From positions 327,174,001 through 327,238,000 of the forward strand of contig OZ024741.1 of assembly GCA_964016885.1 (NCBI GenBank): 64,000 bases of DNA. The letters are read 5' to 3'. Made by a program: the position numbers and the translations under genes. Every line of letters begins with the position of its first letter. The first letter of the stretch is position 1. A model generated the notes under the pieces. That model made no database searches. It saw only the letters and a list, made by a program, of their open reading frames with translations, and was not told the DNA's origin. This stretch comes from Eledone cirrhosa. Lineage: Eukaryota. Shown here in pieces: positions 1 to 15,462 of this stretch.

Positions 1-1108
<1,108 letters not shown>

Positions 1109-1356
1109 TATCGTTTGTTAAAATAATCAAATTAAATTAATTCAACACTTAAAGGCACATGGGAATAATAAGGTTGTTTCCAAAAAGCCAGCACATTGAC
1201 AAGTCGAGCCTAAATATGATTAATAGCTCTCGTACGAAAGCCATGAACGACACCACATCTTTTTAACTTTGATTTTGAATGTAGGTTTATAATTATTAAT
1301 TTTCATTATATTTTTGTAGTTGTCTCGCTGGCCTAGTTGGAGGAATCATAGACGGT

Positions 1357-1973
1357 GGTATGCTTAACCAAATCATCATATGTATATATATATATCAAAG
1401 GTATATATTGAGTTGGGAACTCAAAATAGTCTCTTACATCAAAATAGCTCTAAGAAAGAGATATTTCCGAGCCGTATATTATAATAGAATATAAAAGAAA
1501 AACGAACACAGATATATATGTGTTCATGTGCGCTATTATATATAGCACACTATTCAGTTTCTTAATATACTTAGAAGTGTCTACGATACTAATTTATCAC
1601 CCACTGATGAGCATGAATTGGTAATTCTATTCACAATTAACATTGCGAAACAACGGCAAGTTGTCTGGGTGATTGGTAGTTACCACAATTCCGGTTTGTA
1701 TTTATTTTCTTGATTTTTGCTTAAATTGAGAAAAGCAAACCCAATTGTCTATAGTTAGTATTCTTTTCACCTTAGCGAATCTGGTCCCTTACGATTTGAA
1801 CGCATATACGTATATATCTGTTTTCGTTTTTCTTTTTCTTTTATATTCTATTATAATATATGGCTCACAAATATCTCTTTCTTAGAGCTATTTTGTTGTA
1901 AGAGACTATTTTGAGTTCCTAACTCAATATATACCTTTGATATATATACATATGATGATTTGGTTAAGCATAC
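1357..1973. mobile_element. Fold-back element: ~165-bp inverted arms (1357-1520 / 1809-1973) around a hammerhead-containing spacer
   Basis: gtatgcttaaccaaatcatcata...cagatatata is the reverse complement of tatatctg...tatgatgatttggttaagcatac. Confidence 0.8.
1596..1673 (+). ncRNA. Type-I hammerhead ribozyme, intact, GUC cleavage triplet
   Basis: Stem I atcaccca/tgggtgat (8 bp); CTGATGA 1604-1610; stem II gca..aattg/caatt..tgc; GAAA 1647-1650; stem III caac-ggcaa-gttg; TC 1664-1665. Confidence 0.9.
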
Positions 1974-2134
1974 ATCGTATTTAAAATTGAGTGACACAAC
2001 TTCAAGTGATTAAGAATTTTAAGACAACTTAACCAATGAAACAATTGTTAATACTGTAAATAAAACCCTTTTTGTACTGTTGACCATATTTTTCTTCACT
2101 CATTCACTATATATGTACATATATATATATATAC

Positions 2135-2172
<38 letters not shown>

Positions 2173-2222
2173 GAATAAAATAACAGGAGGCTGGACTGGT
2201 GTAAATCCTTGAAAAGTTTATT

Positions 2223-2280
2223 ATACTATGATCATATCAATGACCTGGTTCCGTATGAATCCGGTGATATCATCAGGTAT
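2223..2280 (-). ncRNA. Degenerate hammerhead (GAAA mutated to GATA), mirror of 4111-4188
   Basis: Minus strand reads atac-CTGATGA-...-GATA-tgatca-TA-gtat. Confidence 0.6.
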
Positions 2281-2472
2281 TCGAAATATAACAAAGGAAT
2301 ATATAAAAATCCATGGGTCCGAAAGTCAGAGACAGAGAGTACCACTGACCAACTAGCAGTCTTCACCTCGGTCAGTCGCCCTCAAGTGATGGCTATTCGG
2401 TCTACTAATGACCATCTGGTGAAGGGGCGAAGGCTTATAGTGTACTACCACCTCTCCGTCAAAGAATAAAAA

Positions 2473-2515
<43 letters not shown>

Positions 2516-2606
2516 TCAGCGTAAGTGTCACACTTCAGTCAGGCGAGAAAACGCCGCGAAAAATGTTATTCCAAAGAACCTATATTTTAACAAAGGCATA
2601 TATAAT

Positions 2607-2745
2607 TGTTCCTACTTTAGGCACACAAGGCCAGCAGATTTTCAGTGCATTACTGGTACTTTATTTTATCGACACCGTAAGGATGAAAGGCAAAGTCAAC
2701 CTCGGCGGGATTTGATCTCAGATCGTAAAGGACGCAACTAAAATA
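2607..2745 (-). mobile_element. 5'-truncated tRNA-derived SINE with 10-bp target-site duplication catatataat
   Basis: SINE body ttatcgacaccgtaaggatgaaaggcaaagtcaacctcggcgggatttg. TSD at 2597-2606 and 2746-2755. Absent from the mirror arm near 3795-3810. Confidence 0.85.
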
Positions 2746-3881
2746 CATATATAATGGGTGTCTGTATGGTCAAGTGTATGAACAGAAAATTGGAACGTTA
2801 ACTTATGTTAAGAGTTAAAGGATGAAATTAAATTAAAAGTTTAAAAAAATTAACAGTTAAAAGTAATTTATAAAATAAATAGAAAATTAATAGAAAATTA
2901 AAGGTTTGTGTTGCGGGATTTATTTAATGAAACTACAGAGACAGTCTTATATGAACAAGTTTAAGTGTATTATTGTGAATCCCTATAAGTTATCAAGGTG
3001 GGATTCAGAGTAAAGATTAAAGCCTTCGATTGTAAACCCCAGCCAGCACCTCCTAACCACGTGTCAGCCAGTTTCGAGTGGTATCGTCTAGCGAAAGAAA
3101 TGGAAATTAATTTTTCCGTGTACTCTAGGAACGTACCTGCCATAGGCTTCGGGTGTTTAAGTGTATTATTGGGAATCGTAGAATTTTGTCGGAATCCGAA
3201 TATTCCCGACAAGGAAGCAGCATTGGATCGGGTGGGCGCTAGACAAAGCACAGAGCAGCCAAAATCTGAATGGTAAGTAGATCAGTTAATCCCATGCTGG
3301 CAATAGCTGTACACTGAAGTCAGTGCCGCTGTTCAATATTACATCTGAAAGGGCTCAACATTATCGGAGCATTATTTATTTGCGTTTGTTGGTTCACCAC
3401 CGGATAGAATTGGTCATTCCGTATGGTCAATCTTGATGCAATATTATGGAAAGTACTCAACGTAGTGCAGTTCACCCGTCTTCGTTTGTGTAGTTGGTGG
3501 TGCGAATACGGAGTTAATTATTATGAATAAAATAACAGGAGGTTGGACTGGTGTAAATCCTTGAAATTGCGATTCCCAATAATACACTTAAATTTTTCAT
3601 ATAAGACTCTCTCTGTAGTTTCATTAAATAAATCCCGCAATACAAACCTTTCATTTTCTATTTATTTTCTAATTATCTTTAAAATTTCTTTTAACTCTTA
3701 ATGTGTTTAACTTTTAATTTAATTTCATCATTTAACTCTTAACATAAGTTAACGTTCCAATTTTCTGTTCACACATTTGACCATACAGACACCCATTATA
3801 TACGCCTTTGTTGAAATATAGGTTCTTTGGAATAACATTTTTCTCGGCGTTTTCTTGCCTGAACCTTACGCTGACATTTCT

Positions 3882-3914
<33 letters not shown>

Positions 3915-4110
3915 TCTTTTTTTATTCTTTGACGGAGAGGTGGTAGTACACTATAAGCCTTCGCCCCTTCAACAGATGATCATTAGTAGACCGAATAGCC
4001 ATCATTTTAGGGCGACTGACCGTGGTGAAGACAGCTAGTTGGTCAGTCGTCCTCTCTGTCTCTGATTTTCGGACCCATGATTTTTTATATATTCCTTTGT
4101 GATATTTCGA

Positions 4111-4188
4111 ATACCTGATGATGTCACCGGATTCCTGATGATGTCACCGGATTCATACGGAATTCGGTCATTGAAATGATCATAGTAT
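4111..4188 (+). ncRNA. Minimal type-I hammerhead with palindromic stem III (TGATCA) and a 20-nt internal duplication
   Basis: atac-CTGATGA(4115)-tgtcaccg...cggtcatt-GAAA(4173)-tgatca-TA-gtat. ctgatgatgtcaccggattc occurs twice in tandem. Confidence 0.75.
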
Positions 4189-4339
4189 AATAAACTTTTC
4201 AAAGATTTATGCCAGTCCAGCCTTGTTATTTTATTCATAATAATTAACTCCGTATTTGCACCACCAACTACACAAACCAAGCCGGGTGAACTGCACTACG
4301 GAATGACCAATTATATCCGGTGGTGAACCAACAAACCTA

Positions 4340-4414
<75 letters not shown>

Positions 4415-4425
4415 CATATATATAA

Positions 4426-4474
<49 letters not shown>

Positions 4475-4790
4475 GTATATATGTGTATATATATATATAT
4501 GTACGTATATATATACATATATATATATATGTGTGTACCTATACATATAAATATAATTGTGTGTATGTATATATATATATATAAAAACACGGTTTCGATT
4601 GAAAGTTTTGAATATAGAATTGGAAGCTTTCGTCGTATATTCACTAGAGGAAATGCTCCAATATCAGGGCATTAGGTTGCTGATTTCTTCCGTTATAAGA
4701 GGTCCCCATTCCCTAGTTTTTCACTATTCTCTGAAGTCAATATATAGTGAAAGCTTCTAGGTGTAGTTACACACACAAACACACACACAC

Positions 4791-4885
<95 letters not shown>

Positions 4886-4889
<4 letters not shown>

Positions 4890-5078
4890 TAAAAGGAAAA
4901 GAGAATGTTGACAAATTGTTCCCAGTGAAAAATAGTTTAATTAGGAATAAGTAAAAATTAGTAATAAGTATTGGTTAGTATTCAGTTTTAGTTTTAAGAT
5001 TTTACCAGTTGCGCATTTCTAATGCTTTACAAAAATAATTTTGAGATAGAACGCCCGTGATGTTTGCTCTAATTGCTC
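4886..5078. repeat. Single-arm copy of the repeat that forms the 28226-28629 palindrome, flanked by (TA)n
   Basis: attggtaaa...gacaaattgttc...ttgcgcatttct...tgtttgctct is shared with 28231-28425. Confidence 0.8.
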
Positions 5079-5080
5079 TA

Positions 5081-5133
<53 letters not shown>

Positions 5134-5154
5134 TATATATATATATATGTATAT

Positions 5155-6150
5155 GAATAGAATTAGTCCTTCATCAGTGATCTTCCAACCGTCATTGGTA
5201 TTTCTTCGCATTAAAGATCATATACCTCTGGTTGGTGCGAGCAATAACTAAAGAAAGTTATTGAGACACATAAAATAGGGTGAAGTGAGTGAGACATGTA
5301 AACAAAGAGAGATGGTAATGCAACGGAGAGGAACAGAAGAAACAAGTCCGTGATATCTATGAACTTAAGTTCGGTGAAATCATAGACGAGAGATACAGAC
5401 CATCCGACCTGGGTGAGATGTGAGCGAGAAAAGGATTTCACACAGGTCAAACGGAAGGAAGTGAGAGACGGGGAATAGCAGAGAGTGAATGAGTGAAAGT
5501 GTGAGGAAGAGGCCAGCTGAGAGAGAGAGTGACTGGCAGAGGGGGTAAACAGAAGGTGAGATATACAGAGAAAGGGAAGCGGTAAGAAAGAAACAGACAG
5601 GTCACAGCGGCGGGAAAAAGATATTACGGACTTGTTTCTCCTCTTCCTCTCTTTCCGTTGCATTACCATCTCTGTTTGTTTACATGTCTCGCTCGCATCA
5701 CCCTATTTTACGTGTCCCAATAACTTTTTTTATTATTGCTCGCACCAACCAGAGGTATAGCAAGTCACTCTAGCTCAGCTGGCCTCTTCCTCACACTTTC
5801 ACTCACTCACTCTCTGCTACTCCCTCTCTCTCACTTCCTCCCGTTTGACCTGTGTGAAATCCTTTTCTCGCTCACATCTCACCCACGTCGGATCGTCTGT
5901 ATCTCTCGTCTATGATTTCACCGAACTTAAGTTCATAGATATCACGGACTCGTTTTTCATCTTCATCTCTTTCCGTTGCATTACCATCTCTGTTTGTTTA
6001 CATGTATCGCTCGCTTCACCCTATTTTACGTGGCCCAATAACTATCTTTAGTTATTGCTCGCACCAACCAGAGGTATATGATCTTTAATGCGGAGAAATA
6101 CCAATAACGGTTGGAAGATCACTTATAAAGGACACATTTTATTCATAAGT
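5155..6150. mobile_element. Fold-back element (family B): arms 5155-5535 / 5762-6150 plus a partial extra copy 5619-5758, between (TA)n arrays
   Basis: ggccagctgagagagagtgact vs agtcactctagctcagctggcc, and gatcttccaaccgtcattggtatttc vs gaaataccaataacggttggaagatc. Confidence 0.75.
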
Positions 6151-6221
6151 CCCCCTTTTGAACAACGGAGCACGCCATTTTACATATATATATATATACA
6201 TATATATATATGTATGTATAA

Positions 6222-6298
<77 letters not shown>

Positions 6299-6364
6299 TA
6301 TATATATGTGTGTGTTTGTGTGTATGTATGTATAAACATACATACAGAGAGAGAAAGATAGAGA

Positions 6365-6509
<145 letters not shown>

Positions 6510-6797
6510 GGAGAGTGGGAGAGAGTGAAACAAAGAAAGAGAGTTTTAAAATGCACCCTGTAATATACCTGAGTGAGTTATATTCTTGCATCATGAATTC
6601 ACAAATATTGACACTAACGGCTTCACTACATATATATTGTATGGTCCAAATATCTTTCGCCATGAGGCACTAATACAAAGTGAACGTATATTATATATAT
6701 TGTTTTTCATTAGCTTAAATTTAAAGGATAAGAGCTTTTGAGCGACAATGAGAAAAGGGAATTATGTGTGTGTGTGTGTATATAACATATATATAAA

Positions 6798-6854
<57 letters not shown>

Positions 6855-6976
6855 GGAGGTGAGTTTTATTGTAGTACAATAAAGCAATGCAGATATCGGA
6901 TAAGAAGCACTCTACAGTTTGTGGGACTGGAGTATGCATAATATAAGATCAAAAGATGGTTAAAGGAGTTCAATAT

Positions 6977-7045
6977 ATTTTATTATGCGCATTTCAAAAA
7001 CAAACATCATCAAACAATAATATTTGTGTTTTCATCAGATAAAAC
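6977..7045 (-). ncRNA. Minimal type-I hammerhead, mirror of 8924-8991
   Basis: Minus strand reads gttttat-CTGATGA-aaac...gttttt-GAAA-tgcgca-TA-ataaaat. Confidence 0.8.
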
Positions 7046-8923
7046 AGGAGAACATGATATGAAGGCTAAAAAAACACTTGTTGATAGTGCAGTTTTAAAT
7101 CAACATATGAAAAGTGGTTTTAGATTGATGTGTGATATTGGGAAAAATATTTTATTTAGAGAGGGGGGGAGAGAAAAGGATGAAAAGGGAAGGAGATGAG
7201 AGGGAGAGATGGGTGATAGAGAGAAAGAGATAGTTTTTATAACAGAGAGGAGATATATTTTATATAGAGGGGTTGAAAACCGTTGGAAGATACTGTATAA
7301 ATTAAAAATTTTGAAAATTAACGAAGGGAGGATATGTGCGAGGAAAAAATATATTATATTTAGGGAGGGGTGGGGGTGGAAAGGATGAAAAAAAGGGGAG
7401 GAGATGAGAGTGAAGGTGGAAAGGGAGAGATGGGTGATAGAGAGAAAGAGATAGTTTTTATAACTGAGAAAAAGATATAATGTTTTAATATAGAGAGGTT
7501 GGGAACCGTTGGAAGATAATGTATAAATTAAAGGAATTTGAAAATTAACGAAGGGAAATTATGTATGGAGATAGAGAGAAAAAAAAAAAAAATAACGAAG
7601 GGAGATTATGTATGGAGATAGAGAGAAAAAAAAAAAAAAAAAAAAAATAATAATTGTGGGTGAATATTCAAAAGGAGAAATGTAGGAATCTTAAAATTAG
7701 CAAAGAGAAAATGTTTATGTATAGGATTTGAGAAAAATAATGTGAAGTTAAAGTTTTTATATTGAATTCATATGTATTAATAATGAGTTCGTTGATGGGG
7801 AGAAAAAAATAATAATAAATTAAGGATGAAATTGAGATTAAAAAGATTTATGATAGAGAGAAAAAATAATAATGATTGCGGATGAATACTCAAAATGTCA
7901 AAAACAAATGTTATTGTTTTACGAAGAGATATAATGAAGGTGATGAGTAAACGGGTATTATAGAGTGTATAATGCCCTTTAAAGTACCCATCTACCTTAC
8001 TTTAAAGGGCATTATACACTCTATAATACCCGTTTACTCATCACCTTCATTATATCTCTTCGTAAAACAATAACATTTGTTTTTGACATTTTGAGTATTC
8101 ATCCGCAATCATTATTATTTTTTCTCTCTATCATAAATCTTTTTAATCTCAATTTCATCCTTAATTTATTATTATTTTTTTCTCCCCATCAACGAACTCA
8201 TTATTAATACATATGAATTCAATATAAAAACTTTAACTTCACATTATTTTTCTCAAATCCTATACATAAACATTTTCTCTTTGCTAATTTTAAGATTCCT
8301 ACATTTCTCCTTTTGAATATTCACCCACAATTATTATTTTTTTTTTTTCTCTCTATCTCCATACATAATCTCCCTTCGTTATTTTTTTTCTCTCTATCTC
8401 CATACATAATTTCCCTTCGTTAATTTTCAAATTCCTTTAATTTATACATTATCTTCCAACGGTTCCCAACCTCTCTATATTAAAACATTATATCTTTTTC
8501 TCAGTTATAAAAACTATCTCTTTCTCTCTATCACCCATCTCTCCCTTTCCACCTTCACTCTCATCTCCTCCCCTTTTTTTCATCCTTTCCACCCCCACCC
8601 CTCCCTAAATATAATATATTTTTTCCTCGCACATATCCTCCCTTCGTTAATTTTCAAAATTTTTAATTTATACAGTATCTTCCAACGGTTTTCAACCCCT
8701 CTATATAAAATATATCTCCTCTCTGTTATAAAAACTATCTCTTTCTCTCTATCACCCATCTCTCCCTCTCATCTCCTTCCCTTTTCATCCTTTTCTCTCC
8801 CCCCCTCTCTAAATAAAATATTTTTCCCAATATCACACATCAATCTAAAACCACTTTTCATATGTTGATTTAAAACTGCACTATCAACAAGTGTTTTTTT
8901 AGCCTTCATATCATGTTCTCCTG

Positions 8924-8991
8924 TTTTATCTGATGAAAACACAAATATTATTGTTTGATGATGTTTGTTTTTGAAATGCGCATAATAAAAT
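8924..8991 (+). ncRNA. Minimal type-I hammerhead with palindromic stem III (TGCGCA)
   Basis: ttttat-CTGATGA(8930)-aaacacaaat...atgtttgttttt-GAAA(8973)-tgcgca-TA-ataaaa. Confidence 0.8.
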
Positions 8992-9027
8992 ATATTGAAC
9001 TCCTTTAACCATCTTTTGATCTCATAT

Positions 9028-9060
<33 letters not shown>

Positions 9061-9304
9061 ATATGCGCGTGTGTGTGGGTGGGTGTGCATGTACCTATGC
9101 GTGTGTGTTTGTGTGTGTGTATCCCGGTTTCAATAGGGAGGTAACCACAGTAAGTAAGGTACTCAATACATAACAGCGTATACATATTTAATATAGATAT
9201 GGCTTCTACCGGACTGGTTATTTCCTTCGAATGAAATAGTTCTAGTCCTGTTGAAGGCATTTCTATATTATATATTTCTCTCTCTCTCTCCCTCCCTCTC
9301 TCTG

Positions 9305-10297
<993 letters not shown>

Positions 10298-10298
10298 A

Positions 10299-10370
<72 letters not shown>

Positions 10371-10374
<4 letters not shown>

Positions 10375-10773
10375 TAGAAAACGTAAGAGAAACATATACA
10401 TAAGGACAATACCCGCTTCTCGGGTGACGGTTGTGGGCCACTGATGTTTGGACGCTTTAAAGACAGTGCATCTCACCACAGTGCGATTACCACTACGCGG
10501 TATATTTATTAGGGAAGAAAACAGAAGAAAAAAAACGTCATAAAAAGAAAATAAACAAGAGGAGCATACCGATATGGGGGAAACACGAGGAGATGCAACT
10601 TGTGGTAACCAATGAGAGAGGGGGGAAAGTTAAAAAGGAGACCGAACGTAAGACCTGAATGCGTATTAACAGCAGGGGAGAGAAAGCGAAGAGAAAAAGG
10701 TCTGAACATGCGGAAAGAGGGAGAGACGAAGGAAAACTGAAGTGAGAAGGGGGGGGATAAGTGGTAAGGTAAC

Positions 10774-10804
<31 letters not shown>

Positions 10805-11208
10805 GGGAAAAGAGATAGATGGTAGGAGAGAAAGAGAACACGTGAATAGGAAGAGAGTGGGGAACTAAGTGAATGGGAGAGAGAAAGAAAGGGAGAGAAA
10901 GAAAGAGGGGGAAGGTGGAAGGAAAATAGATAATCCAAAATGGCAGAACTTAAGTCCAAAACCAGAATTAACAACAAGTGAGATAGAGAGATTAGAACGG
11001 AGGTCATAGCAATAAATTAATATGAATTAAAATTGACAAAGGCGCTGTGTAGTTACTTATAAATGTTGTTTCGAAAACGTAAGAGAAACACAAACATAAG
11101 GACAATTCCCACTTTTCGGCTGGCTGTTGTGGGTCACTGATATTTCGATGTTTGTTTCTAAACAATATTTATTAGTAATCACACAGCGCCGCTGTCATTT
11201 TAAATTCA
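10371..11208. repeat. Repeat between (TA)n arrays with ~75-bp direct repeats (10377-10447 / 11073-11143) and a short inverted end (11022-11070 / 11155-11208)
   Basis: gaaaacgtaagagaaaca...ggacaat...gttgtggg occurs twice. atgaattaaaattgacaaaggcgctgtg vs cacagcgccgctgtcattttaaattcat. Confidence 0.6.
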
Positions 11209-11410
11209 TATATATATATGTGTGTGTATATATGTGTTGTCCCTCTCCGACACAACTGTTTTCCCACGGAAAGGCCCAGTTCAATAGGGCCTATTAAATC
11301 ACTTCCAAGGTAACTCTATCTAGAGTTATTATCTTTTACACTTTTTCTACGTTCTTTTACACTCTCTACGTCTCTTTCTACGCTTCCTCTTACATCTCTC
11401 TCTCTCTCTC

Positions 11411-11497
<87 letters not shown>

Positions 11498-11855
11498 TTA
11501 GGTTTGTTGGTTCACCACTGGATAGAACTGGTATTTCCCTATGGTCAACCTCGATGTAATATTAGGGAGAGCACTCGACGTAATGCAACTCATCCGTCTT
11601 CGTTTGTGTTGTTGGTAGTGCGAGTACAGAGTTAATTATTATAAAATAACAGGAAGCTGGACTGGTGTAATTCCTTAAAGGTTTATTATACTATGAACAT
11701 TTCAATGACCGAGTTAAGTATGAATCCGGTGACATCCTCAGGTATTCGAAATTTATCAAAGGAATATAATCCATGGGGCTGAATGGGCAGGGAGTGACAA
11801 GAAGGCGGCCACACATTTAGCAGTTTCTAGCTCGGTCGGCCGTCTTCATGTCTTT
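11498..11855 (-). mobile_element. Family A solo copy with hammerhead at 11688-11745
   Basis: Matches 3380-3565 and 2172-2390. Minus strand reads atac-CTGAGGA-tgtcaccg...cggtcatt-GAAA-tgttca-TA-gtat. Confidence 0.8.
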
Positions 11856-11862
11856 ATATTTT

Positions 11863-11899
<37 letters not shown>

Positions 11900-12023
11900 A
11901 TAATGATAAATTTCTCGTTAAGGGTGAAAGCAGCGATTCTTTGCTTAAACTTTAATCTGTTATTTTAGTAAATATCTACATATATATCTATATATCTATA
12001 TATCTATATATGTATATATATAT

Positions 12024-12234
<211 letters not shown>

Positions 12235-12407
12235 GTATTAGTTATACTATTTATGGTTATGTAAACACAAAACCTTAAGCAGTTGTAAGTATTTTACACA
12301 CACCCTAAATAGTGGTAGGCAGTAATGTATTACTACCTTATTACCAGTAAGTTAAGTAGCTCAATGTAAAAACATCAGATGATTTACAGAGCAGTTATAT
12401 GAAATAT

Positions 12408-12455
<48 letters not shown>

Positions 12456-12536
12456 CGTGTGTATAATGGTAGCTATGGTGCTTCCATAGGCGGTATGCAT
12501 AAATTAGCACTCAATATTCATACAGAGCAGAGTGTG

Positions 12537-13058
12537 ACTAGTATAAAAAAAACAAAAATCAGTGATGCATCTGGATTCAGTTTATTGCGTGTTACAATTG
12601 ATTCGCCGGGAGGTAGCTCGAGACATGATCACTTTATGGATCTGGCTGATTCTATGGCTGCAGGTTTGCAGGTTCCTTCGGACACAGGCAATTCGTTCGG
12701 AGCAAACTTTCTCACTGGGGTGTTATCGTCAAAATACACCTGCAAAAAACATATTCCACTCTTGTCATTCCACTGGCTGTTGTTTTTTCTACGTCATCAT
12801 AAGTTCTGGTCACTATTTACTGCTACACGGGCATCACCCATTTTCCGTCCGACACACTTCAATGGAGCCATGCTAGGTTTGGTATCTCACACGTCTGTTC
12901 ACAATCCCGAGTATGTACCCACATATACACACACACGCATACATACACATACATACTTATACACACATATGTCCATATGTGTACACACACACACACATGC
13001 ACATATACACACACATACTCACACACATATACCTACCCATAACCTTATACACACACAC

Positions 13059-13091
<33 letters not shown>

Positions 13092-13463
13092 CATACACAT
13101 ACATACAAAATACACATACGTACACATAAATACAGACACACATACATATACACACATATATATATAAAACTCTACATGCATACACACACCCACATATACA
13201 CATACATATATACATACACACATATATACATGTACATATCTATATACATACGCACACGGACATGCACATATGCATATTTGCTTACCCACACATGCTTCCA
13301 CATATACACATATAAACAAACCGTAAAATAAATATACAATATACAATTAAAAAAATACAATATACATTAAAATAACAATATAGTGTACAATATAATATAT
13401 ATATTATATTGTAACACGCAATAAACTGTGTCCAGATGCATCACTGATTTTTCGTTTTTTTTA

Positions 13464-13469
<6 letters not shown>
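12537..13469. repeat. ~60-bp inverted repeat pair (12537-12599 / 13407-13469)
   Basis: tagtataaaaaaaacaaaaatcagtgatgcatctgga vs tccagatgcatcactgatttttcgttttttttatacta. Confidence 0.7.
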
Positions 13470-13538
<69 letters not shown>

Positions 13539-14204
13539 TATATATATATATATATATATATATGATAACCACATCATCCATGGATTTTTTAAGAGAAGGT
13601 TTTGAATATATAATGGATTGACAAAAACATTATGTAAACTACAAAGTAGTAGCTAACATCAGATATATATCTAGTCCATTGCCTTGCCATAAATACCATT
13701 CACATCAATATAAATCGTCCCATTATATATATAAAAGGGAAGATGATTACCTTGTGTGTGCAATGTAGTTCCTAATACATAATATCTTGAAAACAATGTA
13801 TAGATTGTATTGGAATGTAGGCGAATTGAACAGGTTTCAAGAAGAGAAGACAATACAAAGCGTTGTGTGAGATTTGACCGCACCTAGGACAAGTGTCACC
13901 ATGAAATATCTCACCACAGCAACATTCCTTTTAATTAAAATCTTGGATTGAATTGAATTAAGAGCATGGAATTAAATAACGTATTAAAAAAAGAGAAAAT
14001 ACTGAAATAAATAGTACATTTGTACCACAACAACTTCTATTTCTACTGCTACTGCTACTACGGCTACTACGGCTACTACGGCTACTCGAACTCCTTCGCA
14101 CTCCTTCTTTCTCATTCAGCTACCACCACCACCACTACTACTACTACTACTACAGCTGCTGCTGCCGCTCCTGCTGCTCTAACCGCTTCCAATGGTAACA
14201 ATTA

Positions 14205-14392
14205 TAATTGTTTCTACTTTAGGCACAATGCCAGCAATTACCAAGTGCATTACTGGTACTTTATTTTATCGAGCCCGTAAGGATGAAAGGCAAAGTCAAC
14301 CTCGGGGGGATTTGAACTCAGATCGTAAAGGGACGTAACTATACTGGAAAGCATGGCGCCCGACCCTCTACCGATTCTGCCAATCCACCGCC
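14205..14392 (-). mobile_element. tRNA-derived SINE
   Basis: Full-length reverse match to the copy at 17290. Confidence 0.85.
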
Positions 14393-15028
14393 CTTGATGG
14401 AAACAATCATAATAATTACTGTTCATGATAGGATTATTTCGATAATTATTGTCATTGCTATTATTATTGTTGTCTTAACTATTATTAGTATTATTGTTGT
14501 TGTTATTGTTATTATTATTATTATCATCATTACTAGTACTATCGTTATCATCTTCGTCACAATCAGTATTATTACCCAATGTGAATTTAATACTCTATTC
14601 ATATGATCTTCACAAAACCAAAATTTATTTCAGGTTCAAAGCAAATCACAGCTAGCGATGGTAGTTGTGGTAAGAAGGAGAGATAAAAAGCAAACATTGT
14701 AAATTAAATCAAACAAACCAAACTGCAGGCATTTCTATGCTATTTTTTAAATTATAATATGTATGAGATTGTCATAGACACGGGCGCAGAGTTTAGTCAT
14801 TCAGAACAAAAGAAAGACATTAAAATCGCACTTCGAAAGAAGAAAATTACTCATATCAAAGAAATGTAATTAACCGTAGAAATATATAAAATACAATCAA
14901 ACTAAAGGAACGAGAGAAGTGAAGGGAAGATAGCATTATTTTAATGTGTCAACCCCCCTCTCTCTCTCTCTCTCTAAATATATATATATATATATAAATA
15001 CATACATACATACACACACGCGCACATG

Positions 15029-15089
<61 letters not shown>

Positions 15090-15462
15090 CTATTTCCATT
15101 TCTATGTAGTAGTTTCATGCTTATATTCTTTAATAGATAATTACAGCCGGAAGTTTATCAAAAGAAATTTTATGGTACTGGGAGAGAATGAAAGAATAAA
15201 GATATCTATTAACTTAAGGAAGAAACGAATAGGGGTTATAGTATTGAGCATATGTAAGAGAAAATTAATTGTCCGTGTAAGAGAATAGAGAAGAAATTGT
15301 GCTACAAAATACAACGGCATGCAGCAATGCAGGAATGAAAGAATATGAAATTAAACTGGACGACATGCCACACGTTTATGATCTTCACAAAACTAATTTT
15401 ATATTTGGGGAAGCCATATTGTTGTTCCTAAGGCGGTTATATATATATATATATATATATAT

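Larger units (their letters stand above)
2171..4344. mobile_element. PLE pLTR-type fold-back element (family A) between (TA)n arrays; arms ~2172-2980 and ~3570-4240, extra terminal copy 3380-3565
   Basis: Long reverse-complement match between the arms, an HHR motif in each arm, and a third family copy at 11498-11855. Confidence 0.8.
6939..9029. mobile_element. 2.1-kb near-perfect palindrome (arms ~1.04 kb, 11-nt loop 7987-7997) with a hammerhead near each outer end
   Basis: Centre ...aatgccctttaaagta-cccatctacct-tactttaaagggcatt.... The arms differ mainly in homopolymer lengths and contain an internal tandem duplication of about 230 bp. Confidence 0.9.

Noticed and set aside
1190-1260. Possible third U3-A8 hammerhead (TTGACAA...GAAA)
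   Set aside because: Stem II is plausible, but stem I and the cleavage triplet cannot be formed.
5150-5185. Hammerhead 5' half (CTGATGA-aggac, minus strand) in family B
   Set aside because: It is cut off by (TA)n. The mirror copy has a decayed core and no GAAA after gtcc.
12399-13331. 310-aa ORF as a host gene
   Set aside because: Both ends are microsatellite-derived, and the unique middle shows no recognisable motif.
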